Positions 8,274 through 18,145 of a stretch of 64,000 bases of DNA are shown here, piece by piece; position 1 is the first letter of the stretch, and the number at the start of each line of letters is the position of its first letter. A program made the position numbers and the translations under genes. The stretch spans positions 3,104,001 through 3,168,000 of the forward strand of contig OZ223236.1 in NCBI GenBank assembly GCA_965140445.1. Reading direction: 5' to 3'. The notes under the pieces were generated by a model. That model ran no database searches and was not told the DNA's origin. It saw nothing but the letters and a program-made list of their open reading frames with translations. Origin of the DNA: Candidatus Ozemobacteraceae bacterium (GTDB lineage: Bacteria > Muiribacteriota > Ozemobacteria > Ozemobacterales > Ozemobacteraceae).

Positions 8274-11036
8274 TTACTTATAAACAAAAAACCAATTCTT
8301 TGGTAATGCCAGTATTAAACCAGCTTTTCCGCGCTCTGTATTTTTACGTTTAATCATTAACGAGGGCGAAACCTGTCTTAAGATTTTTTTAAGTCTCTGT
8401 AGGCTGCTTTTAAAAGCACCCATATCACATTCCGGATCAAATTCCATACCCCATGCACCTTTGTACATTGAAGAGATTTCTGCAGGATGAGGGTAGGATA
8501 AGAAAAGTTGAGATAAAATAGAGTGGGGGATTGATCCCATTTTTAAAGAAGATTCCTTTTCCTGGAATCGAATCTTTCCAGCTGGACCGTCAAAAATCAG
8601 TCTGTCTTTATGTACATTTTTTTGCCAAAGGACGTAGTCCTCATAATGTACGGTTTTACTTTCAAGTTCAGAAACTATCGTTACAAATTCTTCCGCCCTT
8701 GATTTTTCAATCTGAATTTTTTTTATGATTTGAGAGAGTCCCTTAATAGAGTCGGTCAAAAAGTCTATTGTCGTTTGCGGAGATCTTGAAATGTGAAATT
8801 CCAGGTATTCTCGCGCACTATCAAGTTTTGTTTGCATAAGTTTTTCTGCAATAAAAGACCAGAAGGGGTCGTAAACTTTGGCTAGATTGTGCTTTTTTAA
8901 AAGACTATTCAAATTTAATTCTTTAACCTTTAATGGGAAAAAAAGTGAAAGGTGGATTTCAATTTGTGTTACCTGAAATCTGCTTGAGTCCGTTTTTATA
9001 TTATTTCTCGCCATTACCAGATATTCAACAGCATCACTCTGGCCAAGAAAGATTTTTGCTAGACCAATTCCATGCTGACAATCTCCAATTTGCACCGAAG
9101 AAGAATTTCTTAATTCTGATTCTTTTAAGACCGTCGAATACTTGGTAAGTGCTGCCGAAAAATCGCTATTGTATAATAGAGACAATGCTTTAAGAACATC
9201 GCCAACAAATCTTGCTCTAGGTTCTAAAACTGTGTTTGTAATTTTTTCAGCCTGATTCCACCAGGTTTTAGCTGTTGCTGTTTTTCCTAATAGTTCATAT
9301 ATCCATGCCTGCAAACATGCTGCTTCATAAATGCCACTTTCGTTTTTCTTTTTTAATCTTAGTAGATAACATTCTTTAAACAATTTGAGGGCTTTGGAGA
9401 ATCTACCGAGTTTAAGAAAAATTTTCCCAATGGCAAAAGAGACAACTGAAAGGCTCCACTCATTTTCAAGCATTTTGAAAAGTTGACTCGCTTTAAAAAG
9501 GCTGCTCAAAGCTTTAGGGAAGTTGCCAAGATCGTATTCGACCATTCCAAGATTTGAGAGTATCGCCGCTTGCATTTTTTTGTGTTTATTTACTTTTGCA
9601 GTAATTAGGCCGGAGATATAATGGGTTCTGGCTGACTCCGGTTTGCCCCTGGTAAAATATAGATTTCCCAGGGAATTTTCTGCTCTGGCAATATTTTCAA
9701 AATCTTTTGAAGAATCAAACAATTCTTTGGCTAAAAACATTTCAGACATGGCTTCATTGGTGCGATTCAGTCTGGTCATAATAATTCCGGTTGCAAAACA
9801 CAAATGCCCTAATTCGTTTTCATAACCCTTTAAAGCTTCATACTTCTCTTTTGCACAATCCAGAATCTCCAGGGCTTTATCATATTTTTCCTGCATGGTA
9901 AATGTCCTGGAAATAGCAAGATAAGCTTGATGAGAAAGAGAAAAACTGGAATCAAGATACTTGTCTGCAAAGAAATTTATAATTTCAAATCTGGTATTGT
10001 TAAACAGGTCCGGACCCTTTTCGTTGAATTTTTTTACAACGATTTCATCCATTCCAATTTGTGAACCAAGTTTGATTAGAGTTTCTGTCGTTGAAGGATT
10101 TGAGGTGTCTTTATTTTTAAGAACCCAGTCTACACAATCCTTATGTCTTATATTCAGGGTTTCGGGATTGTTAAGAATTAGATTTTTAAGAATTTGGGGA
10201 AACTTTTTGCTATCAGATTTCTTGAAAAAATCAAAAAGTTCCTCAGTAGTCATTTTTTTAAAAAAGCTTTCCAAAAATTCCTTTAAAAAAGCTATTGATG
10301 CAGACTCAGGGTTTTCCGGTATAAAAAGAAACTCTTTTTCAAATTGTGCTTGTCGAAAAGGCGCAAAATGAAGAAGTTCGATCCAGGCTAATCTGGATTC
10401 ATCTGTTACCGTTTCAGGTTTTTTCCCTTCGTAGGTTAGAAGAGAGGCTGGATACTTGCAAAAAAAGTGACGGCTCCAAAACAGGTTTTTTACTTCCCGG
10501 GGATCTAGTTTGATGGGAGTTCTTTTAAAGAGATTCAATGGAAGGTCAGGAAAAAACTTTCGGCCACATAAGGTTAAGAGTAGAGAAACTCGCTTTAAAA
10601 CAGTGTCAGAGGTTTGCTTTGCGAGCATCAGCAGAAGATTGTCGTCGAAAGGTAGAATTGACACCAGGTTGGTAAGATCGAAAATGGATGGTGCGTAGGC
10701 AAGGTCTTTAAGTAGGTCTATAATAGTCTTTTCGAGCGAGGAAACATTAAACTTTATATTTTGAAAAAGACTCTTCTGTGTAGATTTAAGATAAGAATTT
10801 CCATGGTATACAAAGGTGAGATGGAATTCGCCAATATCTCTATTTCGTCTACGTTTAGGTGAAACAATTGTGATTTCCTCTGGAGGTGAATCGACCAGAC
10901 CCAATATAAAAAGGGCAGTTTGGTGGGAAAAGTATTCTGACTCATTTCTAATTAATCTGGAAAACTCGTCCAGGTGCTTTAAAAAACTGCTTTTATCTGG
11001 CAAAATAAACCTCAACTTTAATCCATCACGATTCAT
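8274..11036 (-). CDS. Fusion of AbiEi-like (type IV TA antitoxin CTD) domain, TPR array and C-terminal winged helix
   Basis: YFSHQTALFILGL..P, VSSLEKTIIDLL, VLKRVSLLL, KLDP (AbiEi CTD pattern); TPRs AENSLGNLY, ILSNLGMVEY; C-terminal AWG..D....FKSSLQRLKKIL. Confidence 0.75.
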   Translation of the reverse strand: MNRDGLKLRFILPDKSSFLKHLDEFSRLIRNESEYFSHQTALFILGLVDSPPEEITIVSPKRRRNRDIGEFHLTFVYHGNSYLKSTQKSLFQNIKFNVSSLEKTIIDLLKDLAYAPSIFDLTNLVSILPFDDNLLLMLAKQTSDTVLKRVSLLLTLCGRKFFPDLPLNLFKRTPIKLDPREVKNLFWSRHFFCKYPASLLTYEGKKPETVTDESRLAWIELLHFAPFRQAQFEKEFLFIPENPESASIAFLKEFLESFFKKMTTEELFDFFKKSDSKKFPQILKNLILNNPETLNIRHKDCVDWVLKNKDTSNPSTTETLIKLGSQIGMDEIVVKKFNEKGPDLFNNTRFEIINFFADKYLDSSFSLSHQAYLAISRTFTMQEKYDKALEILDCAKEKYEALKGYENELGHLCFATGIIMTRLNRTNEAMSEMFLAKELFDSSKDFENIARAENSLGNLYFTRGKPESARTHYISGLITAKVNKHKKMQAAILSNLGMVEYDLGNFPKALSSLFKASQLFKMLENEWSLSVVSFAIGKIFLKLGRFSKALKLFKECYLLRLKKKNESGIYEAACLQAWIYELLGKTATAKTWWNQAEKITNTVLEPRARFVGDVLKALSLLYNSDFSAALTKYSTVLKESELRNSSSVQIGDCQHGIGLAKIFLGQSDAVEYLVMARNNIKTDSSRFQVTQIEIHLSLFFPLKVKELNLNSLLKKHNLAKVYDPFWSFIAEKLMQTKLDSAREYLEFHISRSPQTTIDFLTDSIKGLSQIIKKIQIEKSRAEEFVTIVSELESKTVHYEDYVLWQKNVHKDRLIFDGPAGKIRFQEKESSLKMGSIPHSILSQLFLSYPHPAEISSMYKGAWGMEFDPECDMGAFKSSLQRLKKILRQVSPSLMIKRKNTERGKAGLILALPKNWFFVYK

Positions 11037-11066
11037 TATATGTAAAAAATAAGGAACCTACAAATT

Positions 11067-11948
11067 TTGCTGAAAAATTGGATTTTTTTAAGCCTTGTAA
11101 CCGCATTTTCAGTTTCCTTTGTAGATGTAATAAGGAAAAAGGTTGTCCATAATACAGACCCACTAGTGGTTGCTCTCGGCACTAACTTGTTTCAGTTTAT
11201 TTTTTTGCTGCCTCTTGTTGCTACGGGTAAGTTCACCATCAGCGGAACCGAATTCTTTTATATTTTGGGAGCATCGTGTTTGCTTTTATGGATTGTAAGC
11301 TTACTTTATGCAAACGCTTTAAAATGGGGGGAATTGTCTTCAGCGGTCCCAATGCTATGTTTTTCTCCTGTCTTTTTACTTTTGACTTCAACTCTTATGT
11401 TGGGTGAGTTTCCATCGACAATCGGGCTTATCGGTATACTATTAATTGTTGCCGGTGGTTACATTATTAATAAAAAGAACAGCAAATCTGATTTGGCAAA
11501 TGATCCACAACAAACTAAAAACTTCAATTTTGGAAAGTTGCTAATGCTTGGCGTTGCCGTTATTTGGAGCATTACCGCAAATCTTGATAAGATCGGGGTG
11601 GGGAAGTCATCGCCGGAATTGTGGAGCGTTTCAATCTTCGGTACTCTTAGCCTTCTTTGTAGTTTTTCCTGTATAGCAGCAATTGGATTTAAAGAAACAT
11701 ATTTTGGAATAAAAAGAAATTTAGGACGATTTTCTTTAATTGGATTTATAGGAGCAGCAGGAATCTTTACCCAGCTTCTAGCTATTAATCTAACCATCGT
11801 GCCTTACGTAATCTCTATAAAACGGATTAGTACTGGTCTTTGTGTGATTTGGGGTGCTTTGTTTTTTAAGGAAAAATCTATAAAGGAAAAGTTGTTGGGA
11901 GTTTTTCTCATGCTGATAGGAGTTTTTCTTATAGTTGTTTTGAAATAG
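11067..11948 (+). CDS. EamA/DMT family transporter
   Basis: About 10 TM in two repeats; GELSSAVP, LGEFP, FFKEK. Confidence 0.88.
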   Translation: MLKNWIFLSLVTAFSVSFVDVIRKKVVHNTDPLVVALGTNLFQFIFLLPLVATGKFTISGTEFFYILGASCLLLWIVSLLYANALKWGELSSAVPMLCFSPVFLLLTSTLMLGEFPSTIGLIGILLIVAGGYIINKKNSKSDLANDPQQTKNFNFGKLLMLGVAVIWSITANLDKIGVGKSSPELWSVSIFGTLSLLCSFSCIAAIGFKETYFGIKRNLGRFSLIGFIGAAGIFTQLLAINLTIVPYVISIKRISTGLCVIWGALFFKEKSIKEKLLGVFLMLIGVFLIVVLK

Positions 11949-11992
11949 ATTTGCTACAATGCTTCTCCAAATCCATTTTAAGCAGTTTAATA

Positions 11993-13351
11993 ATGAAGCC
12001 ATATCAAAGAATCTTTTCAATCGCAATTCCTGCAATGGCCGGGTTTATAGGCTTAATTCTTTTTGATATTATTGACATTTACTGGATTGAAAAGCTTGGA
12101 AAGCATTCTGTCGCAGGTGTGGCGTCAGCAGGTTTTATTGTTTGGGCTCTTTATGCTTTGATTCAAGTTACAAGCTCGGGAATGGCCTCACTTGTTGCAC
12201 AATTTTATGGTGCCGGTAAAAGAAGAAGAGCATGGGCGGTAATTAATCAGGCAACCTGGTTAAGCTTGATAATTAGTTTATTTATTTGTTTATTCTTTTT
12301 GTTAAATCTTGAAAAGCCTTTTGCATGGATGGGATTAGACCCTTATACCGCCGAGTTGGCCCAAAAGTATTTTTTCATAATTATTATGGGGTTTCCCCTG
12401 ATATTCCTGGATATGCTGGCTGGAAACATTTTTAATGCTTATGGCGATAATAAAGTTTCGAACTTGATAATGTTTTTGTGTTTGATAGTTAATATCATTC
12501 TAGACCCTATTATGATGTTTGGGTGGGGCCCGGTTCCTGCCATGGCTATCTCGGGGGCCGCTGCAGCAACAATAATTAGTCATTTATTATCATTGGTTGC
12601 AAGAGTTTACTTTTTAAGGAAAAAGAATTTTATTCCCGGTTTTACATATTTTTTTAAATTCCGGACATTTTATTTTAAAAAAATCCTTTCAATTGGAATC
12701 CCCAATGCTTTAACCGGGGTAATCTGGTCTGTGGTTTATCCATTTTTAACAAGGTTAATTACCCCTTTTGGAGTGGCACCATTATCAGCAATTGGAATAG
12801 CGCACCGCCTGGAGAGTGTGCCCTATTTTTCATCAGTAGCATTTGGCATTGCAATGACTTCTCTCGTAGGGCAGTCTGTTGGACGGAAAAATGCTGAAGA
12901 AGCGGATCAAGTTATCAACGCAGGGGTTAAGGTTGCAACCTTATTGCTATTACCTTTTGCCTTAATTTTCCTGATTTTTCCGGATAAAATATTTTCTTTT
13001 ATGACCAGTGATCCAGAATTGTTAATGCACGGCGCCGAATATTTATTTATTATTGGTGTCTTTGAGTTAATGATGGGTTGGGAAATGGTTTTTGGTGGGA
13101 TTTTTACTGGATTAGGGGTGACTTATCCTACTCTTTTTATCACCATACCTTTTACCGTTGGAAGAATCCCCCTGGCATGGTTCCTGGCTTATTACATGGG
13201 TTTTGGAGTTAGTGGCATCTGGTGGGCAATCAGTATAAGTTCATTGTGTAAAGGTGTCGGGCTTGCTCTACTCTATCTGGCCATGAAAAAAAAGCTTCTA
13301 GGACCGGAATTTTTAAGAAATCGAAAAAAGGTTGCAATAGCTTCGGCATAA
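11993..13351 (+). CDS. MATE family efflux transporter
   Basis: IAIPAM, DIIDIYW, AQFYGAG, NIILDP, GAAAAT, GIWWA; 12 TM; ORF open from 11951. Confidence 0.92.
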   Translation: MKPYQRIFSIAIPAMAGFIGLILFDIIDIYWIEKLGKHSVAGVASAGFIVWALYALIQVTSSGMASLVAQFYGAGKRRRAWAVINQATWLSLIISLFICLFFLLNLEKPFAWMGLDPYTAELAQKYFFIIIMGFPLIFLDMLAGNIFNAYGDNKVSNLIMFLCLIVNIILDPIMMFGWGPVPAMAISGAAAATIISHLLSLVARVYFLRKKNFIPGFTYFFKFRTFYFKKILSIGIPNALTGVIWSVVYPFLTRLITPFGVAPLSAIGIAHRLESVPYFSSVAFGIAMTSLVGQSVGRKNAEEADQVINAGVKVATLLLLPFALIFLIFPDKIFSFMTSDPELLMHGAEYLFIIGVFELMMGWEMVFGGIFTGLGVTYPTLFITIPFTVGRIPLAWFLAYYMGFGVSGIWWAISISSLCKGVGLALLYLAMKKKLLGPEFLRNRKKVAIASA

Positions 13352-13474
13352 ATTTTGTAACATACAGATTTCAGTATATTTGTCTTATTCGTTAAATAAA
13401 GCCATTAAGATGGCGAAAAGCTTACATACAAATGTACCTTGTTTGGATAGATCATTTAATTGATCATATAGTAT

Positions 13475-14272
13475 ATGAATAAGAAAATTGCCCAAATAAT
13501 CACTTTATTCTGTTTCTGGCTTTTTGCAGGAACAGTTTTGGCAATTCCTCATAAAATAGGGGAATACACCATTGATATTGAGGTTTTCAACCGGGCAATG
13601 AATATTATTCCAAAACAAAAAGTATCAACTTATTTTATTGATAGCAAAAGAATTGCAATTAAGGTTAAGGCTACTGGTTACAAAACCCTTAAGTATGTTC
13701 TCAATATCAATGAAAATCAGACCCTCTATAAAAGAGATTTCATCCTCGAGGATCTCGAAAGAAACTTCTTTGTTGTTGATTTGAATGATTCAATTATTGA
13801 GTCTGCTTATATCAGACAAGATCAATACGGATTTGAAGCAGACGAATATGGATTAACAGTTTTTATTCCAAAAGCAGATTGGCCGGTGCCGTCTTCTGAG
13901 AAGGTTGAGCTTTTTGATTCGTTCTGGGGATTTCCAATGAAAAAAAGCGCAGAGATTACACCCACAGACGAGTTCTATCAGATAAAGCTAAGAATGACTA
14001 GAAAAGATCTTAAATGGAGTGGGGAAGACATCTTCGTTGTGATCAACAACAAAAAGCCCTCAAATTTGCGTAGTTCTGAAAAATACTTAAAGAGCCTGGC
14101 AAAGCTTGAAAGTGATAAAGAAAATGGCTGGATGTATGTTGACCAGATGGCTAAGTTTATTGCAGGTAATTTCAACCCTGATGAACTTAATCTTGAAAAG
14201 GCCGCATTACCCCAAAGTTTGAACGCTATCTATTCACTAAAAGAAAGATTTGCCGAAGTTCATAAATTTTAA
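13475..14272 (+). CDS. Secreted hypothetical protein
   Basis: Signal peptide; 265-aa ORF; beta-sandwich-like KVKATGYKT. Confidence 0.65.
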   Translation: MNKKIAQIITLFCFWLFAGTVLAIPHKIGEYTIDIEVFNRAMNIIPKQKVSTYFIDSKRIAIKVKATGYKTLKYVLNINENQTLYKRDFILEDLERNFFVVDLNDSIIESAYIRQDQYGFEADEYGLTVFIPKADWPVPSSEKVELFDSFWGFPMKKSAEITPTDEFYQIKLRMTRKDLKWSGEDIFVVINNKKPSNLRSSEKYLKSLAKLESDKENGWMYVDQMAKFIAGNFNPDELNLEKAALPQSLNAIYSLKERFAEVHKF

Positions 14273-14293
14273 GAAAAATTTTTTAAAAAATAG

Positions 14294-14322
14294 TTGCATT
14301 AAAAACCCTTTGATGTTATCAT
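14294..14322 (+). promoter_or_regulatory. tRNA promoter (sigma70, extended -10)
   Basis: TTGCAT-17 bp-TATCAT with TGn extension. Confidence 0.7.
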
Positions 14323-14347
14323 ACATTTACGTTCGAACAACGAACGA

Positions 14348-14419
14348 TCCTGAGTAGCTCAGTGGTAGAGCAATCGGCTGTTAACCGATTGGTCGGGGGT
14401 TCAAATCCCTCCTCAGGAG
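14348..14419 (+). tRNA. trnN: tRNA-Asn (GTT), CCA not encoded
   Basis: Acceptor TCCTGAG/CTCAGGA, D arm GCTC/GAGC, anticodon arm ATCGG-CTGTTAA-CCGAT, T loop TTCAAAT. Confidence 0.97.
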
Positions 14420-14421
14420 AT

Positions 14422-14459
14422 CACAAAACCCTCGAAGAAATTCGAGGGTTTTGTGCTTT
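14422..14459 (+). terminator. Terminator after tRNA
   Basis: CACAAAACCCTCGAA-gaaa-TTCGAGGGTTTTGTG perfect hairpin. Confidence 0.85.
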
Positions 14460-14546
14460 AGGTTTTTACTAAATTATTAAACCACAAAGAATTTTTGTGC
14501 TTGATTCCAGGCAGTAAATGGCCGAATAATTCGAGCCGGCTGGACT

Positions 14547-14677
14547 TGAGTGGTCAACAAAAACTGGACACTTAGGAAAGTGAAGATTATCCCAAGATAA
14601 AAATAATCTTTCCTGGATTGTATTTTAAACCTGAAAGTTAGTTAGACTATGAGCAAGCTGTGCAGCAAAATGGCTAA
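14547..14677 (+). mobile_element. IS3-family (IS911-like) left-end relic with decayed orfA start
   Basis: TGAGTGGTCAACAAAAACTGGACAC resembles the IS911 left IR as recalled; then FKPES*LDYEQAVQQNG*, like an orfA N-terminus. Confidence 0.6.
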
Positions 14678-14709
14678 AATTAATTTGATTTTTCCTTAGA
14701 TAATAAATA

Positions 14710-14751
14710 TTGTATCAATATAAGATACAATTGTTCGGTATTTTGATACAA
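14710..14751. promoter_or_regulatory. Tandem 21-bp palindromic operator candidates
   Basis: TTGTATC-N7-GATACAA directly followed by TTGTTCG-N7-GATACAA, just before the HTH-MNT start. Confidence 0.6.
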
Positions 14752-14761
14752 AGGTGCTTTT

Positions 14762-15346
14762 ATGTCGATTCTGGCTGAATTACTATCTTCAAAGGCAAGA
14801 GCTGAGATATTTCGAATTCTATTCGGAACTAATCAGCAGGAATTGCACATGAGAGAGATTCAAAGATTGGCAGGCCTTGGTATCAGCTCTATTCGTCAGG
14901 AAATAGAAAAGCTTGAAAGACTTGAACTGCTTATGAGCAGGAAAAGCGGCAATAGAATTTACTATTCTGCCAACAACGAGCATCCATTGTTTAATCTTAT
15001 CCATGAAATGGTTTTAAAAACAAACGGATTGAAAGACGTATTTGAAAAGTATTTGTCTGATGATTCTATCGATTTTGCTTTTGTGTTTGGATCTTTTGCG
15101 AATGGCGAAGAAAAAAGTAATAGTGATATCGATCTGTTTATTATTGGTGAAATTGGCTTAAGACAGCTTTCAAAACAGCTTAATGAACCTGTGAAAATTT
15201 TGGGTAGAGAGATTAACCCGCATGTTATGGATGCGAAGGAATTCGTTAAAAGAAAGAACGCCCAAGAGCATTTTGTAACCAGAGTTCTGGAAGCAAAGAA
15301 AATAATGATAATCGGAAACGAAGATGAGCTTGGAAAACTGGGCTAA
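14762..15346 (+). CDS. Winged-HTH plus minimal nucleotidyltransferase (MntA-type antitoxin)
   Basis: N-terminal ArsR-like HTH; FGSFANGEEKSNSDIDL (GS-x10-DxD). Confidence 0.9.
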   Translation: MSILAELLSSKARAEIFRILFGTNQQELHMREIQRLAGLGISSIRQEIEKLERLELLMSRKSGNRIYYSANNEHPLFNLIHEMVLKTNGLKDVFEKYLSDDSIDFAFVFGSFANGEEKSNSDIDLFIIGEIGLRQLSKQLNEPVKILGREINPHVMDAKEFVKRKNAQEHFVTRVLEAKKIMIIGNEDELGKLG

Positions 15347-15479
15347 AAATGGCTGGCTAAGGCCACATAAAACGAGCAATCAGGAAATACAAAACCTGCT
15401 GGCTATTGTTGAGCGTGATCTTGAAGATGCCCGGCAAAGCAATCTTTCACCTAGCACCCCAAAATCATCAATGGTATAA
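15324..15479 (+). pseudogene. Truncated HEPN-type partner of the MNT
   Basis: Overlaps the MNT stop; MSLENWAKNGWLRPHKTSNQEIQNLLAIVERDLEDARQSNLSP matches the N-terminus of HEPN proteins paired with HTH-MNTs; stop at codon 52. Confidence 0.7.
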
Positions 15480-15726
15480 GGGTGGGTAGAAGTAGGTGAA
15501 ATAAATTACTAGCCTTTGATGGTGGACGACAGCGAAGAAGTGCCAATTCATGAATCCTTAAAATTCTTTCGGATTCCAAAGGCAAGCGCATCTTTTTTAG
15601 GTTGCCGCCAATTCGATCACTAGTGGTAAAACTGCTATTTCTAAAATATTTTATTCCTAAAAGTAGCTTCTTACCGTGACTTGCATAAGCTTCTGGAGAG
15701 TCGTTTCCTCGGCATTTTCAAGAAAA

Positions 15727-18138
15727 TTAAATTTCTTCTGCTCCAAATTTATGCTTTCTTAAAATTATTTCTTCATCTGCTCTTTTCTGTTCAAATTCGA
15801 TCCTTTTTTCAAGGGTTTCAATGTAACTTGCTGCAAATTTCCTTACTCTTTGATCATCATCTTTCAACCAGGCTTGCATTTCTTCGATTTTTTGTCTGTA
15901 AGCTTCTACAAAACCATATTCTCCACTCACAACTCCTGTGTTCATAAGTACAGACATTAATTCACTAATCTGGTCATTACTTTTTGACCCAAACTTAACA
16001 ATTTCTTTGCTAACATTATGTATAATAGGCCTGCCATCGTAGTTCCTAAAAATGGCAAAAACTAAATGTAGATATTCCTCTTTTTTTGTTTTTATTAAAT
16101 CAATTAATTGCTCTTGAAGTTCAATAGGAAAGTCGGGGAAAACATTCGCAATGAGTCTGGCAAAACGGTAAATGATTAAAACATCGTTGTTGCTGAAAAC
16201 TTTTAGAATTGATTCGATAACTTTTGTGGGTTGTTTTGCTAGAACAGGAGCAAGTTTATCAAAATGGAAGGGTATTGACTCATAATTGCTATCACCTTCA
16301 TTTGTTTTTGCCTGAAGAATGCGATTGCAGAAAAATTGAATAACCTTTTCGGGATTATATTTACTTATCTCGGCAAGGATCTCTTCAGCATGGTAATCAA
16401 TTTTGTTTAAACAGGTTAGGTTGCTAAGAACGAAATCTATATCCCTAGGCTTCATTCTAGAAAATAGTGTCTTTAGTTGAGGTTTAAACCATACTCCGTA
16501 TACCCAATCAGTATTCTGGTATTTAGTTAGTTCATTCAATGCAGGAATAAAAAAAACTTCAATAAGACTCTGCCCATGTTCATCATATTTTGAGGTGACC
16601 GAGGAAATTATTTGTTTTAAGGTGGTTTGTTCCTTTTTAGTAATGGCTTTGGATAAGATTTTTTCTAGTATCTTTAAATTTAGTTCTGAAGAAAATTCAA
16701 AAAATCTTGCTAGGCTGCATAGATACTTTCCGTTCTCGATCCAATCTTCAATTAATGAGTAAGCATTTGGCTTAGCTTCCGTTTCTGTTACGCCGCAGAG
16801 TATAGCGATCAGAAAACTTTCTAACTCATCTGAAGACTCAGATAAAAGCTTCAATGCTAAATCTGGTGAAGTTTTACCAAAGTGTTCCAAAAACTTTCCA
16901 AAAAAAGGAAACATTGCCAAATCATTAGATCTAATCTTTGAATATTTAATAATTCGGCTTTTCCAAGATGGATAGGATTCCGAATCAATAGATTCAGCAA
17001 ATCCAAGCGCTGAGATTTCTCTACATTTTCTTTCATTTTCATAATCATTTCTTACATCCTCTGCTTTTTCCCAATCGTGGAAAATACTGTCAAAGCCTAT
17101 AAGAATGCGAAAAAATTTATACTCTTCATTAGCATAAATTTCATCTCTTATTTGAAGACAAAGTTTGAAAATTGCCTGATTATGCAAGCCTCTTCTTTGT
17201 AACAACCAATAGCAATCGTGTTCCATTTTTTGAATAAATAACAAATCATCGAATTTAATTATGCTTTTAACAAAATTTAGAATGGTAATAGTGTTATTAT
17301 CTATCATTTCTAAGAAGTCTGGCCCACACTCAACTCTGAATGGGATTTCAGTAGCAATTTGTATAGATTTAAAAAGAGAGTATTTTTTGCTAGGTTCTTT
17401 TGCAAATGGGAAAAGTTTTATGAGTTCTTCAATAGCTTTATTTCTAATCTTTTTTATTCCATCTAAAGCAGGTAAAGCGCCAGTTCTAATAGTCACTGCC
17501 TTATAATTTGAAGTTGCCCCAGTAATTGTTGGTCTAAGAATATTTTTGCATGCCAGCTCTATTGCGTCAAAGTATTTTTCTTTTTTAGCACCATCAAAAG
17601 AGGTGATTTTTTCAAGGACCTTTTCTTGGGGTTGCCAACCAAGACCGGGCCAATTTTTTCCATTTGAATAAAAAATATTAAGATCAAAATTGGCAAGTTT
17701 TTCAATGCCCATAATAGCTTGTTTGGCAACGCTTTCATTTTGATGAATCGAATATTCAAAAAACACGTCTAAAATTTTCGATGGTAAGTAGTAACGTAAA
17801 TTTGCAAGTAACTCTAAACTTTTTATAACTAGAGTGAAATTGTTTTCGTGCTTTCGAATTTTTTCTTGTGAATACCAGAGTATTTCTTGATACTCTAGAT
17901 CTAGCTTTTCAAATCTTTTTATCAAATGTTTGAGGGAGTTCACAGTTTCATCAAAAACGATGTGGGCAAAGGTATCTAACAAGTCCAGGTGCTCTGCTAA
18001 TATTTCATAATGATTTTCTTGTTCTAGGCAGCTCAAAATTTTTGAAAACTCTTTTAAAATTGCTTTTTTCGCAATAGGGTCTTTTGCTGCTTTTTTTGAC
18101 AAATGTGTTAAAACACTTTTTCTTTGCTTATTCTCCAT
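15727..18138 (-). CDS. Large alpha-helical (HEAT/ARM-like) hypothetical protein
   Basis: 803-aa intact ORF with amphipathic helical pattern; no P-loop, TM or signal peptide; C-terminal WLKDDDQRVRKFA. Confidence 0.75.
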   Translation of the reverse strand: MENKQRKSVLTHLSKKAAKDPIAKKAILKEFSKILSCLEQENHYEILAEHLDLLDTFAHIVFDETVNSLKHLIKRFEKLDLEYQEILWYSQEKIRKHENNFTLVIKSLELLANLRYYLPSKILDVFFEYSIHQNESVAKQAIMGIEKLANFDLNIFYSNGKNWPGLGWQPQEKVLEKITSFDGAKKEKYFDAIELACKNILRPTITGATSNYKAVTIRTGALPALDGIKKIRNKAIEELIKLFPFAKEPSKKYSLFKSIQIATEIPFRVECGPDFLEMIDNNTITILNFVKSIIKFDDLLFIQKMEHDCYWLLQRRGLHNQAIFKLCLQIRDEIYANEEYKFFRILIGFDSIFHDWEKAEDVRNDYENERKCREISALGFAESIDSESYPSWKSRIIKYSKIRSNDLAMFPFFGKFLEHFGKTSPDLALKLLSESSDELESFLIAILCGVTETEAKPNAYSLIEDWIENGKYLCSLARFFEFSSELNLKILEKILSKAITKKEQTTLKQIISSVTSKYDEHGQSLIEVFFIPALNELTKYQNTDWVYGVWFKPQLKTLFSRMKPRDIDFVLSNLTCLNKIDYHAEEILAEISKYNPEKVIQFFCNRILQAKTNEGDSNYESIPFHFDKLAPVLAKQPTKVIESILKVFSNNDVLIIYRFARLIANVFPDFPIELQEQLIDLIKTKKEEYLHLVFAIFRNYDGRPIIHNVSKEIVKFGSKSNDQISELMSVLMNTGVVSGEYGFVEAYRQKIEEMQAWLKDDDQRVRKFAASYIETLEKRIEFEQKRADEEIILRKHKFGAEEI

Positions 18139-18145
18139 AGCAATT

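Noticed and set aside
16870..16905. FGKT in the 803-aa protein as a Walker A motif
   Set aside because: Spacing does not fit GxxxxGK[ST] and the context is helical
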